Part shown: one piece after another, positions 18,441 through 28,200 of the stretch | How positions within the stretch are numbered: position 1 is the stretch's first letter | How the letters are laid out: each line of letters starts with the position of its first letter | Origin: a virus | Strand: one strand, 5' to 3' | DNA: 62,813 bases | Virus record (IMG/VR): IMGVR_UViG_3300025711_000009 | Notes under the pieces: model-generated | The model's database searches: none | Seen by the model: the letters and a program-made list of their open reading frames with translations, nothing else | What the model was told of the DNA's origin: nothing | Translations under genes and position numbers: made by a program

Positions 18441-19191
18441 CGGCGGCCGGGCAGCGGACGCGCAGCGCCGGGCGCAGCGCGGCCTGTCGCGACTACTGGC
18501 CCGGGATATGCGCGGCCTGCGACGGCTCATCATCCCGTCGCGGCTTGAGGCGTCGGTGCCAGAGTGGATTGAGGCAGTCCGGGCCCTGGTCGAGCAGTAC
18601 GGGGCGGCCTCCTCAAGCCTGGCGGCCGACTACTACGAGGCGGAGCGTGTGGCCGCCGCGGTCACCGGACGTTTCACGGTGCCGTTGGTCGGCCCACCGT
18701 CGGATGGGCAGGTCGAGAACAGCCTGCGATGGGCGACCAAGGACATCTGGGAGCGTGATCCGGATGATCCGGCCACCACTGACGCGCAGCGGGAGCCGCT
18801 GGAAGTCCGCCTGGAGCAGGCCGAGAAGAAGGCGGAGGCGGTCGCTCAGAAGCTGGTCACCGGTCAGGGTCGTGGCACCGTCCAGGAGGCGGTACGGCAG
18901 GATCGGCAGGCCACCGCCTGGGCACGCACGGCTGCTCTCGGCGCCTGCGCGTTCTGCAAGCTCCTCGCAACCCGCGGGGTGGTGTACAAGCAAGACACGG
19001 TGCGCTTCCGGGCCCATGACGGATGTCATTGCGGCGTGGTCCCGGTGTTCAAGGGACAGAAGTTTGAGCTGTCCGATCATGCGCGCGAGTGGGAGCGGCT
19101 TTACCGCGACTATGCCGCGCCCTATCCAGGCGACCAGCTGCGCCGGTTCCGGCAGGCGCTCGCCGAGCACGGGCATCTGCCCGTGCTGTAA
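18421..19191 (+). CDS. MuF-like head morphogenesis / minor capsid protein
   Basis: Located after the portal gene. Cys cluster CAFCKLLATRG...HDGCHCGVVPV. Confidence 0.75.
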   Translation: MPSPASDGGRAADAQRRAQRGLSRLLARDMRGLRRLIIPSRLEASVPEWIEAVRALVEQYGAASSSLAADYYEAERVAAAVTGRFTVPLVGPPSDGQVENSLRWATKDIWERDPDDPATTDAQREPLEVRLEQAEKKAEAVAQKLVTGQGRGTVQEAVRQDRQATAWARTAALGACAFCKLLATRGVVYKQDTVRFRAHDGCHCGVVPVFKGQKFELSDHAREWERLYRDYAAPYPGDQLRRFRQALAEHGHLPVL

Positions 19192-19245
19192 CCCATGGCC
19201 GCCCTGGAGGTGGCCTCATCTCAGCCCCTGGAGGGCCGTTTCACC

Positions 19246-19830
19246 ATGCCCGAAAACGAGGAGACCGAGCAGTCCGTCGAGGAACCGCAGGTTACCGAAA
19301 CCGCCCTGGAGGCGGACGGCGCCGAGGAAGAGCCCTTCGACCGGAAGCGGGCCGAGGCCGCGCTGAAGAAGAAGAACTCCGAGGCGGAGAACCTGCGCAA
19401 GCGTCTGAAGGAGCTGGAGCCCCTCGCTGCGAAGGCGAAGGAGCTCGAAGACGCCCAGAAGACCGAGGCTGAGCGGCTGAACGACCAGCTCGCCGCCGAG
19501 CGGGAGCGGGCCGACAAGGCCGTCCGCGCTGCGGTCGCCTCGAAGGTCGAGGCGCTGGCGCGCGACTTTGCCGACCCGGAAGACGCGGTCGGCTCGCTGG
19601 ACCTCACAGCCTTCGTGGACGAGGACGGCGTGATCGACACCGACGCCATCAAGGAAGCTCTCGCCGATCTCCTCAAGCGCAAGCCGCACTGGGCCCGCCC
19701 CGACGAGGGCGGCCCGCGCCGTCCCGCCCCGGACCGGACCCAGGGCTCCTCGGGCAACGGCAACAGATCCCCCTCCGAGCCGGCGCAGATTTTCGCCGGC
19801 CTCATGGAACAGGCCCTGAAGGGCCGCTGA
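19246..19830 (+). CDS. Scaffolding protein
   Basis: Glu/Ala-rich coiled coil between the MuF-like and capsid genes; GGAGGG RBS. Confidence 0.75.
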   Translation: MPENEETEQSVEEPQVTETALEADGAEEEPFDRKRAEAALKKKNSEAENLRKRLKELEPLAAKAKELEDAQKTEAERLNDQLAAERERADKAVRAAVASKVEALARDFADPEDAVGSLDLTAFVDEDGVIDTDAIKEALADLLKRKPHWARPDEGGPRRPAPDRTQGSSGNGNRSPSEPAQIFAGLMEQALKGR

Positions 19831-19845
19831 GAGAGGTAGCCCTCC

Positions 19846-20802
19846 ATGGCTCACACGAATCCCATCAAGCTGAGTGACGTCAACGCGACGTTCCTCCCCC
19901 CGACCCTGACCGGCCCGATCTTCGAGAAGTCGGTCGAGCAGAGCGCGGTCATGAGCCTCGCCCGCCGGGTGCCGCTGTCGATGTCGGCGAACACGGCCGT
20001 GCCCGTGCCGCTCGACGTGCCGACCGCGGACTGGGTCGAGCAGGCCGGCCGTAAGCCGCTCGGTACCGGCGGCGTCGACATCAAGACGATGACCGGCAAG
20101 AAGATCGCCGTCCTCATCCCGGTGGCGATGGAGGTCGTGCAGTCCAACGCCGCCGGCCTTTGGACGCAGCTCCAGTCCGACCTCCCGACCGCCTTCTCCC
20201 GCGCCTTCGACCGCGCGGCGATCCACGGCAAGACGATGAAGGGCGCCACCGGCCCGTTCGCCGACTACCTGGCCGCGACCACGAAGTCGGTCACGATCGG
20301 CACTGCCTCGCAGTCCACTGGCGGCATCTACAAGGACATCGTCAACGGTATGCGGGAGGTCGTCACCGACGACTGGGACTACACCGGCACCGTCGCCGAC
20401 CACCGTCTCCAGCTGGACCTGCTCGGCGCGACCGACACCACCGGCCGCCCCATCTTCGTCGAGACCCGGGACCCGGGGATGGACATGGCGGTGGCTGGCT
20501 CGCTGGTCGGCAATCCGCTGGCCTACTCCCGTGCCGTGTCCGGCAAGCTGCGCCGCCAGTCAGGGTCGGTCGACACCGGCCTGCGTGCCATCGGTGGCGA
20601 CTGGTCTCAGACCGCCTACGGCGTCGGCATGGACATCACCGTCAAGATCTCCCGCGAGGCGACGTACATCGACGAGGATGGCGGCGTGCACTCCGCGTTC
20701 CAGGAGAACCTGGTTCTCCTCCTGGCGGAGGCGTACTACGGCTTCGTCCTCGGCGACGAGGAAGCGTTCGTGAAGTTCCTGGCGGCGGGCGGCTCCTCCT
20801 GA
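19846..20802 (+). CDS. Major capsid protein (HK97 fold)
   Basis: 318 aa; position and sequence character fit. Confidence 0.9.
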   Translation: MAHTNPIKLSDVNATFLPPTLTGPIFEKSVEQSAVMSLARRVPLSMSANTAVPVPLDVPTADWVEQAGRKPLGTGGVDIKTMTGKKIAVLIPVAMEVVQSNAAGLWTQLQSDLPTAFSRAFDRAAIHGKTMKGATGPFADYLAATTKSVTIGTASQSTGGIYKDIVNGMREVVTDDWDYTGTVADHRLQLDLLGATDTTGRPIFVETRDPGMDMAVAGSLVGNPLAYSRAVSGKLRRQSGSVDTGLRAIGGDWSQTAYGVGMDITVKISREATYIDEDGGVHSAFQENLVLLLAEAYYGFVLGDEEAFVKFLAAGGSS

Positions 20803-21815
20803 TGCCGGGCGTGGGGGGTGGCCGGGCGCCGATGCGGATCGTCGCCCGGCTGCACGGCTACCCGCCGCGCCACAACGCCGGCGCCGAGTGGATGGTCCAC
20901 AGTCAGCTGCGGGCCCTCGTCGAGCGTGGGCATGACGTGTCGGTGTGGCTGTCCCGCTACACCGACGACAAGACCGACTACGACCTTGACGGCGTCCAGG
21001 TGGTACCGCTTCAGTCGCGCCTGGACGCCGCCTCGGCCGTCCGGCGCGCCGACGTGGTCGTCTCCCATCTGGAGAACGTCCCCTCGGCCGGCGCGCTGGC
21101 CCGCGGGTACGGCAAGCCGCTGGCGGTGGTATGCCACAACACCCACCGGCAGAGCTTCCGCGAGATGGCTGGCGGATGCGAGCTGGCCGTCTACAACTCG
21201 CAGTGGATGAAGCGAGAGGCGGAGCTCTTCTTCGCCGAGTACCCCAAGGGGGTCCGGCCCAGCCGGGACGTCATCGTCCGGCCGCCGGTCTTCGCCGAGG
21301 AATACCGCACCAAGCCCGGCAGCAAAGTGACCCTGGTCAACCTGAACCTGGAAAAGGGTGGGGCGCTCTTCGGCAAGCTCGCCGCTCGCATGCCGGATGT
21401 TCAGTTCCTGGCGGTCGTCGGCGCTTACGGCGAGCAGCTCGTCCCTGACCTGCCAAACGTGCAGGTAATCGACCACATGTGTGGCCACGAGATGCGGGAT
21501 GTCGTGTATCGCAAGACGAAGATCTTGCTCATGCCTTCGTCCTACGAGTCGTGGGGCCGCGCCGGGGTCGAGGCTTTGGCCTCCGGCATTCCGGTCATCG
21601 CCCACCCCACCCCGGGGCTGTGCGAGTCGCTGGGCGAGGCCGGCGTGTTCATCGATCTGCACGACGTGGACGGCTACGAGATGGCCATCCGTAAGCTGCT
21701 GACCAGCAAGACCGAGTACGGGCTCGTCTCGAAGCGGGCCAAGGCTCGGTCTGCCGAGCTGGATCCCGCTCCCGACCTGGCTACCTGGTGTGATGCCGTG
21801 GAGGCCCTGGCCTAG
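20802..21815 (+). CDS. GT-B fold glycosyltransferase (family 1/4-like)
   Basis: ESWGRAGVEALASGIPVIAH (EX7E motif). TGATG overlap with the capsid stop; an alternative ATG lies at 20832. Confidence 0.9.
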   Translation: MPGVGGGRAPMRIVARLHGYPPRHNAGAEWMVHSQLRALVERGHDVSVWLSRYTDDKTDYDLDGVQVVPLQSRLDAASAVRRADVVVSHLENVPSAGALARGYGKPLAVVCHNTHRQSFREMAGGCELAVYNSQWMKREAELFFAEYPKGVRPSRDVIVRPPVFAEEYRTKPGSKVTLVNLNLEKGGALFGKLAARMPDVQFLAVVGAYGEQLVPDLPNVQVIDHMCGHEMRDVVYRKTKILLMPSSYESWGRAGVEALASGIPVIAHPTPGLCESLGEAGVFIDLHDVDGYEMAIRKLLTSKTEYGLVSKRAKARSAELDPAPDLATWCDAVEALA

Positions 21816-21824
21816 GAGGCTCCG

Positions 21825-22241
21825 ATGGCGTTCATCCCTCCTACCGCCGAGCAGCTGGCCCTGTACCTGGGGCTGGAGGAAATCGCCGGCGACCGGGCGG
21901 ACCTGCTGATCGAGCAGGCTGTCGCGCTGGCGCAGTCGGTCGTCAAGCCGTTGCCGGATGAGGCGACCGCGGTCGTCCTGTCCGTGGCGGGGCGCGCCTA
22001 TGTCAATCCGCAGCAGGTGTCCTACGAGACGATCGGGCCGATGTCGGTCCAGCGTCCGACGGGCAGCGGCGGCCTGTATCTCACCAAGGCCGACAAGGCG
22101 GCTCTGAAGTCCCTGGCTGGCCGCGGCGGGGCGTTCACGGTCGACCCCACGCCATTGGCGGCCGACCCGTCGCCCACCTGGCCGGTCGATGAAGACTACG
22201 GCCCGGGGCTGGAGTACGAGCCGGGCTGGGGGTGGGTGTAG
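21825..22241 (+). CDS. Head-tail connector (gp6-like)
   Basis: EQLALYLGLEE...DLLIEQAVALAQSVV signature. Confidence 0.8.
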   Translation: MAFIPPTAEQLALYLGLEEIAGDRADLLIEQAVALAQSVVKPLPDEATAVVLSVAGRAYVNPQQVSYETIGPMSVQRPTGSGGLYLTKADKAALKSLAGRGGAFTVDPTPLAADPSPTWPVDEDYGPGLEYEPGWGWV

Positions 22242-22603
22242 TGCCCGCCCCGTATCCCTACGGAGAGACGGTGGTGCGGCTGCGCCGCGGACCGTCTCCT
22301 GGCCGGGACCCCCGAGGTCAGCCGATCCCGGGCACCCTGACGGAGGCTCCCATCCCGGGTTGCGTGGTCACCCCCAGGGCTGAGACGCCCCAGGTGGGCG
22401 GCGAGCAACAGCAGGCGCGGGACACCGTCATCGTCGGATGGACCGTGTACGCGCCGCCCGGATCCGACTGGAAGACCACCGACCAGGTGCGGATCCGCGG
22501 CGAAGTCTGTGAGATCACCGGCGAGCCGGGAGACTGGGGTCAGAACGCGTTCACGGGCTTGAATGGGCCGGTGCAGTTCGCGGCAGATCGGGTTTCCGGC
22601 TAG
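22241..22603 (+). CDS. Head-tail adaptor / head closure protein
   Basis: Called from position. GTG overlaps the upstream TAG; an alternative GTG lies at 22232. Confidence 0.7.
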   Translation: MPAPYPYGETVVRLRRGPSPGRDPRGQPIPGTLTEAPIPGCVVTPRAETPQVGGEQQQARDTVIVGWTVYAPPGSDWKTTDQVRIRGEVCEITGEPGDWGQNAFTGLNGPVQFAADRVSG

Positions 22604-22926
22604 TCGTTCCGAGCCTGCTCGACGGCGGCGACCAGCTTGGCCGCACCCTCGTTGCTTCGACGAGGGATTGACAGGCTGTACGGATCATCGTAGGGCGGCC
22701 GACCGCCGCCGAAGGACCCGCTCGGCTTCACCGCAATAGGCCGGTTGTCGGGAAGAATGAACTGCACGTAGCCATGGAAGAGCCTGTTGCCCGGCTTCAT
22801 GCGGATCGCGGTTACGTCCGCCGCCCGAATCCTGATGGGCGCTGGCTTGGGCCCGATTGGCGTCTTCGTGATGGTGATCCATTCTCCGTCGAAACCGATC
22901 CGCCCAAGCACGCCCTTGACGTCCAT
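22600..22926 (-). CDS. Bacterial PH-like (DUF4429-like) domain protein, antisense moron
   Basis: 108 aa. GRIGFDGEWITITK...LFHGYVQFIL. GC3 is lower than in the neighbouring genes. Confidence 0.75.
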   Translation of the reverse strand: MDVKGVLGRIGFDGEWITITKTPIGPKPAPIRIRAADVTAIRMKPGNRLFHGYVQFILPDNRPIAVKPSGSFGGGRPPYDDPYSLSIPRRSNEGAAKLVAAVEQARND

Positions 22927-22954
22927 GCAACCCCCTCAGTGAGGAGGCGAGGCT

Positions 22955-23287
22955 ATGGCTGCTCGATTCAAGATGTCCACCCGAGGCGTCGGTCAGCTTC
23001 TCAACTCGCCGGAGATTTCTGCCGAGATGCTTCGCCGCGCGGAGGTCATCAAAGGCGCGGCCGAAGCGATCTCTCCTGTTGGCGGCCCTGGCGACCCGCA
23101 CCCGGGCCAGTACAAGTTGTCCTGGTACGCCAAGGTGGATCGCAAGGCGATCGGCCGGTCCCGCAAGAAGCGCCCGGTGGGCGTGGTGGGCAATAGTGCT
23201 TACTACGCGCGATGGGTGGAGTACGGAACCGAGCGGGTCCGCGCGCACCACGTGCTGCTGCGGGCTGCCCAGGCAGGGGGCGGCTGA
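22955..23287 (+). CDS. HK97 gp10-family head-tail joining protein
   Basis: YYARWVEYGT motif. Confidence 0.8.
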   Translation: MAARFKMSTRGVGQLLNSPEISAEMLRRAEVIKGAAEAISPVGGPGDPHPGQYKLSWYAKVDRKAIGRSRKKRPVGVVGNSAYYARWVEYGTERVRAHHVLLRAAQAGGG

Positions 23288-23688
23288 TGGCAGTGGTCGG
23301 TTCTGTCGATGTGGAGCTGCTGCTCATCCAATGGCTTCGAGCGCAGCTCGGCAGCGGAGTCGTAGTCCGCGACGAGCTCGACAATAATCTTCTCAACGAG
23401 CTGCCGACGGCCCAGGTCGAGAGGCTGCCCGCTGGCGACGATGACGGCTACCGGCTCGACCGGGCCTTGGTCGACGTCGACGTGTACGCCGCCACCCGGG
23501 GCTCTGCCATCGCCTTGGCCCTCCAGATCCGCGGCCTGCTCCTGGGATCCCTCCCCGGCTCAACCGCTGGCGGCGCAGTCGTCGGCAAGGTCAGGACGGT
23601 GGCGGCACCAGGCGTCCGTCCCTACGAGAACACAGGGCTCCGACGTATCGGGGCCACCTACGAGATCTACAGTCATCCGGTCTCCTGA
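23287..23688 (+). CDS. Tail terminator-like protein
   Basis: TGATG overlap; located before the tail tube gene. Confidence 0.7.
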   Translation: MAVVGSVDVELLLIQWLRAQLGSGVVVRDELDNNLLNELPTAQVERLPAGDDDGYRLDRALVDVDVYAATRGSAIALALQIRGLLLGSLPGSTAGGAVVGKVRTVAAPGVRPYENTGLRRIGATYEIYSHPVS

Positions 23689-23762
23689 CCGGCCCAGGAC
23701 CGCGCCGGCCCTGTCCCGACCCCGTCCGTTGGCGGGGTCTTCGCATGTAGGAGACCCACCTC

Positions 23763-24347
23763 ATGGTCAACATCACCCGCGCCGCGGACCTGACTCAGAT
23801 CGGCGCCAACGGCGGCGGCTGGGTCGCCGACCTCGGCACCGCTGCTCCCGCCACCCCCCTCACCCAGCCGGCCGCGGCGTGGAAGCCTCTCGGTTGCATC
23901 TCCGATGACGGCCTCGTTCAGGGCTTCGACGAGGACTCTCAGGAGTTCACGCCGTGGGGTCTGACCTCCCCGATCCGCACGCAGATCACCAAGTCCCTGA
24001 GGACGTTCAAGCTGACCGCCTGGGAGACCAGCCGGACGACCGTCCAGTCGCTGCAGTACCGGATCCCGGTCGCCGAGCTCGCCCCGGTCGGCAGCCTCAC
24101 AAACTTCGCCGAGACCGCCTCGCCGACCCCGGACCGGCGGGCGTTCTGGTTCGCGATCTTCGACGGCGACACGAGCCGCGGTTTCTACGTCCCCGAGGGC
24201 GAGATCTCCGATCGCTCGGATGTCACCCACAAGCAGGACCAGATGGCTGGCTTCGAGTGGACGATCACTGCCTACCCGGACGCCGCCGGCAACACCGTCT
24301 ACCACGCGGACATGGTCCCGGTCACACCCGCCTACACCGGGTCCTGA
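23763..24347 (+). CDS. Major tail (tube) protein
   Basis: 194 aa, immediately upstream of the G/GT chaperones. Confidence 0.8.
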   Translation: MVNITRAADLTQIGANGGGWVADLGTAAPATPLTQPAAAWKPLGCISDDGLVQGFDEDSQEFTPWGLTSPIRTQITKSLRTFKLTAWETSRTTVQSLQYRIPVAELAPVGSLTNFAETASPTPDRRAFWFAIFDGDTSRGFYVPEGEISDRSDVTHKQDQMAGFEWTITAYPDAAGNTVYHADMVPVTPAYTGS

Positions 24348-24438
24348 CCCCTTCGACGGCGGGCAGGTCGAACCTGGCGCGGTCCCGGCCTGTCCGCTTC
24401 ACCGCCCCCTGACCGCGCCCTCATGAAAGGACCGCGCC

Positions 24439-24768
24439 ATGACAGAAACCCAGGAAGTGACCCCCGCCGAGGCCCAGGAAGACGAGGCGCTCGGCCACTA
24501 CGTGACCGCCCAGTTGTGCGGGAAGGACGTCGAGGTTGTGCCGTCCGGCGCCTGGCGGCAGAGCACCATGCGACTGCTTCGAACGGGAGACATCGACGGG
24601 TTCATGGAGCACGTCCTGAGCCCGGAGTCCTACGAGCTGTATCTCGAACTCGACCCCAGGAACGACGAGGTCGGGGAGTTCGCCAACAGTGCTGGCAACG
24701 CCTCTGGCGAGCCGGTGGGAAAGTCCAGTGGACCCAAGGCGTCGCCGAGGAGCACGCGGAGGCGCTAG
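24439..24768 (+). CDS. Tail assembly chaperone G
   Basis: 109 aa, acidic, upstream of the tape measure gene. Confidence 0.85.
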   Translation: MTETQEVTPAEAQEDEALGHYVTAQLCGKDVEVVPSGAWRQSTMRLLRTGDIDGFMEHVLSPESYELYLELDPRNDEVGEFANSAGNASGEPVGKSSGPKASPRSTRRR

Positions 24769-25184
24769 AGGCGGACCTCGCCCACTACTACCCCCGGGAC
24801 GCCGATCAGCTCGACGCCTACCACCGCGGGGAGATGACGTCACGGCGGCTACGGGTTCTGATTCAAGGCCTGCCACCGGAGTCCGCAACCATGACGGCGC
24901 TCCGCGCGGCGACGCCCGAGGACGAGCTGGACAGGCAGGCGGAGACAGGTGAGCCAGAGAAAGCGCGCTGGTCTCAGACTGAGCTGCTCCTGGCCTCAAC
25001 GATCGACGCTCTGCGCCGTGTCGAGTACGTGCTGATCTGCGCGAACACTGACAGCAAGGGTAAGCGGCCCAAGCCGCCCGAGCCTATCGCCAGGCCTGGC
25101 GTCAGGACGCGACGAGCCAAGCCCGTACTCACCGAGACGGGCGCCAACAAGCTGTTCGAGCTGATCAATGGAGGCGCGGCCTGA
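24439..25184 (+). CDS. Tail assembly chaperone GT (-1 frameshift fusion)
   Basis: The -1 frame stays open from the slippery site to 25184 and encodes VQWTQGVAEEHAEALEADLAHYY... Confidence 0.75.
24717..24723 (+). promoter_or_regulatory. Slippery heptamer G GGA AAG for -1 programmed frameshift
   Basis: X XXY YYZ pattern in the zero frame, 45 nt before the G stop codon. Confidence 0.75.
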
Positions 25185-25203
25185 CGCGCGAGAGGAGGCT
25201 CTC

Positions 25204-28200
25204 GTGGCGATCACCGTTGGTTCCGTTGAGGTCGACGTCATCCCCAACACTCAGGGAATTTACGCCCGCCTGAGGGAAGGTCTCGTTCCTGCGGCCACTC
25301 GGGCGGGCAACGATGCTGGCACGGCCGCAGGCCGGGCGTTCGGGCCTGCCATGCAGCGGGAGGTTGGCGCGGTCGGCCTGTCCGTCGGACAGCAGATCGG
25401 CGAGCAGATCGCCAACAGGGTCACCGCGGCGATTCGCGGGGCTCTGCGGGATGGAGTCACCCAGGGCGGACGTGAGGCTCGCGCGTCCGCTGTCCGGCAG
25501 GGTGACGAGACCGGAGGGGCTTTCTCCCGCTCTCTGAAGGCACGCCTGGAGGCCGCATTCCGCTCCCTCCCGAAGATCAATATCGACGCCAACACGACCG
25601 AGGCCGACGCGGATCTGCAGGCCCTGCGGGTTCGCCTGGAGACGCTCTCCGGGAAGCGCGTCGGCATCGACATCGACGTGGCGGAGGCGCGGGCAGAGAT
25701 CCGATACCTCGAAGCGGAGCTCCAGCGGCTGGGCGCCCAGCACCCGAACGTGCAGGTCCGTGCCGACACGGCCGCGGCCCGCGCCCAGCTCGCCCTGGTT
25801 CACGCCGAGATCGAGGCAGTCGACGGTCGGACCGCCCGCATCGACGTTGACACGTCCGGGGCGCTCTCCGCCGTGCTTCACCTGGCCGTTGCCATTGGCG
25901 GCCTGGCGGTCATCCCTGCCCTTCCTATCCTCGCAGCAGGTATCGGCGCCATCGGCTCGGCGGCACTTACGTCAGCGGCCGGCGTCGGCGCCCTAGCTGC
26001 CGTCGCCGCCCCGGCATTCATCGGAATTGCCGGCGCCCTGCAGGCCCAGAAGGCCGCGCAGGACGCATCGACCGCCGCCTCGAACCGCGGCTCTCAGGCT
26101 GGAGCGCAGGCGGCATCCCGGGCGCTGCAGATGGCCGGCGCCCAGCAGGCCCTAGCATCGGCGCAGCGCAATGCGGCATCGCAGATCGCGTCAGCCCGCG
26201 ACCAGGTCGCCCAGGCGGCCCGCAGCGTCGGTGACGCGGAGCGTCAGCTGGCGGACGCGCAGAAGGCCTCCACGAAGGCACAGGCGGACCTGGTCCAGGC
26301 GCGCAAAGAGGCTGCTCAGCAGCTCGAAGACCTGTCCTCCCGGTACGCGGACGCCCAGCTGTCCGTCCGGGACGCGGAACTGTCCCTGGCCGAGGCGCAG
26401 CAGCGTCGGCGTGAGGTCGAGGCCGACCCGAAGGCGACGCTGTTGGATCGGCAGCGTGCAGCGCTCGCCGTCGATCAGGCCACGCAGCGCCTGAGGGAAC
26501 AGACCACCGAAACCAAGCGCCTCGCGGACCAGACTGCCACTGCGAACAAGGCTGGCATCGAGGGCTCGGACACCGTGCGGCAGGCGCAGGATCGCCTCGC
26601 GGGCGCCCAGCAGACGGTCGTCGACCGCACCAGAGCTGTCGCCGACGCGCAGCAGGCCGTCGTCAAGGCACAGGAGAACGTCGCCAGGGTCTCAGCTCAG
26701 GCTGCAGATTCGATCGCCTCGGCTCAGCGTCAGATTGCCTCCGCGTCCGCTTCGGCGGCCGGGGGCGTTGATCAGGCTGCCATCGCGCAGGCCAAGTACC
26801 AGGACGCGCTGAACAAGCTGACCCCGTCGGCACGCGGTACGTTCGATGCCTTCCAGTCGCTCCGCACGGCGTTCAAGGGCTGGTCAGAGTCCCTGCAGCC
26901 CGCTGTCATGCCGCTGTTCACCCGCGCCATCGAGGGCATCAAGAACTCCCTGCCAGGCCTTACCCCCTTCGTGCTGGCCGCGGCTAAGGCCATCAGCATC
27001 CTGCAGGACAAGGTGTCGGCCGGCTTCAAGACGCCCTGGTGGCAGTCCTTCCGTGACGACCTCGCCAAGGCAGTGATCCCGGCAACCGTCGGCCTCGGAG
27101 TCGCCCTGGGCAGGACGTTCAAGGCGCTCGGTGGGATCGTCGATGCCTTCCTGCCTCACATGGATGAGATCTCCCGCAGGATGACGGAGATCACCGGCCG
27201 GTGGGCGACGTGGGGGACCGGCCTCAAGGGGTCCGAGAAGTTCACGAACTTTTTGGCGTACACGGCCCAACAGGGCCCGATCCTCGCAAAGCTGATCGGC
27301 GACATCGCGGCTGCGATCTTCCAGATCTCCCGCGCTGCATCCCCGCTGACTGGCCCCGTTCTCGGGACGCTCGGGGCGGTGCTGAGCGCGGTCGCCTCGA
27401 TCGCGAATACCCTGCCGTGGCTGATTCAGCTGATGTACGGGGCCTGGGTCGTCACGAAGCTGTGGACCCTCGCGCTGATCGTCTTCAACGCGGTGATGAA
27501 CGCCAATCCCATCAGCCTGATCATCATCGGGATCATTGCGCTCGTCGCGGCTGTCATCTACGCCTACAAACACTGGGGCTGGTTCCACGACGTCGTCGAT
27601 GCCGCCTGGCGCGGCATCCAGGCCGGAGCTCGATACGCCTGGTCGATTCTGCAGCCCATCCTCGCTGGCATCTGGACTGGCCTGCAGTTCCTCGGTCGCA
27701 TCGCCGTGTGGCTGTGGGAGAACGCGATCAAGCCCGCCTGGGACGGCATCGTGACTGCGTCGAAATTCCTGATCACGATCGTTCTGGTCGCTCTGATCAC
27801 GCCCCTCTATCTGGCTTTTCAGGGGATCGGTGCGCTGGCGGGCTGGCTGTGGCGTAACGCCATCGGCCCGGCTTTCGACGGAATCGCGACCCTGGCGATC
27901 TGGCTCTGGCGGTACGGTCTGAAACCACAGATCGATCTCGCCGTGGCGGCTTTCAGATTCCTGGGTGACATCGGCGCATGGCTCTGGCGAAATGCCCTCG
28001 CGCCAGCGTTCCGCGGCATTGCTGATGTGGCGATCTGGCTCTGGAATTCCGGGATCAAGCCGGTGTTCGGATGGATCACTGACGGAGCGCGGTGGCTCTG
28101 GGCCAACGGCCTGAAGCCGCAGTTCGACTCCATTCGCTCCGGCGTGGGGTACGTCAGGGACGCTTTTTTCTGGGCGAAGGACGGCATCAAGTCGGCCTGG

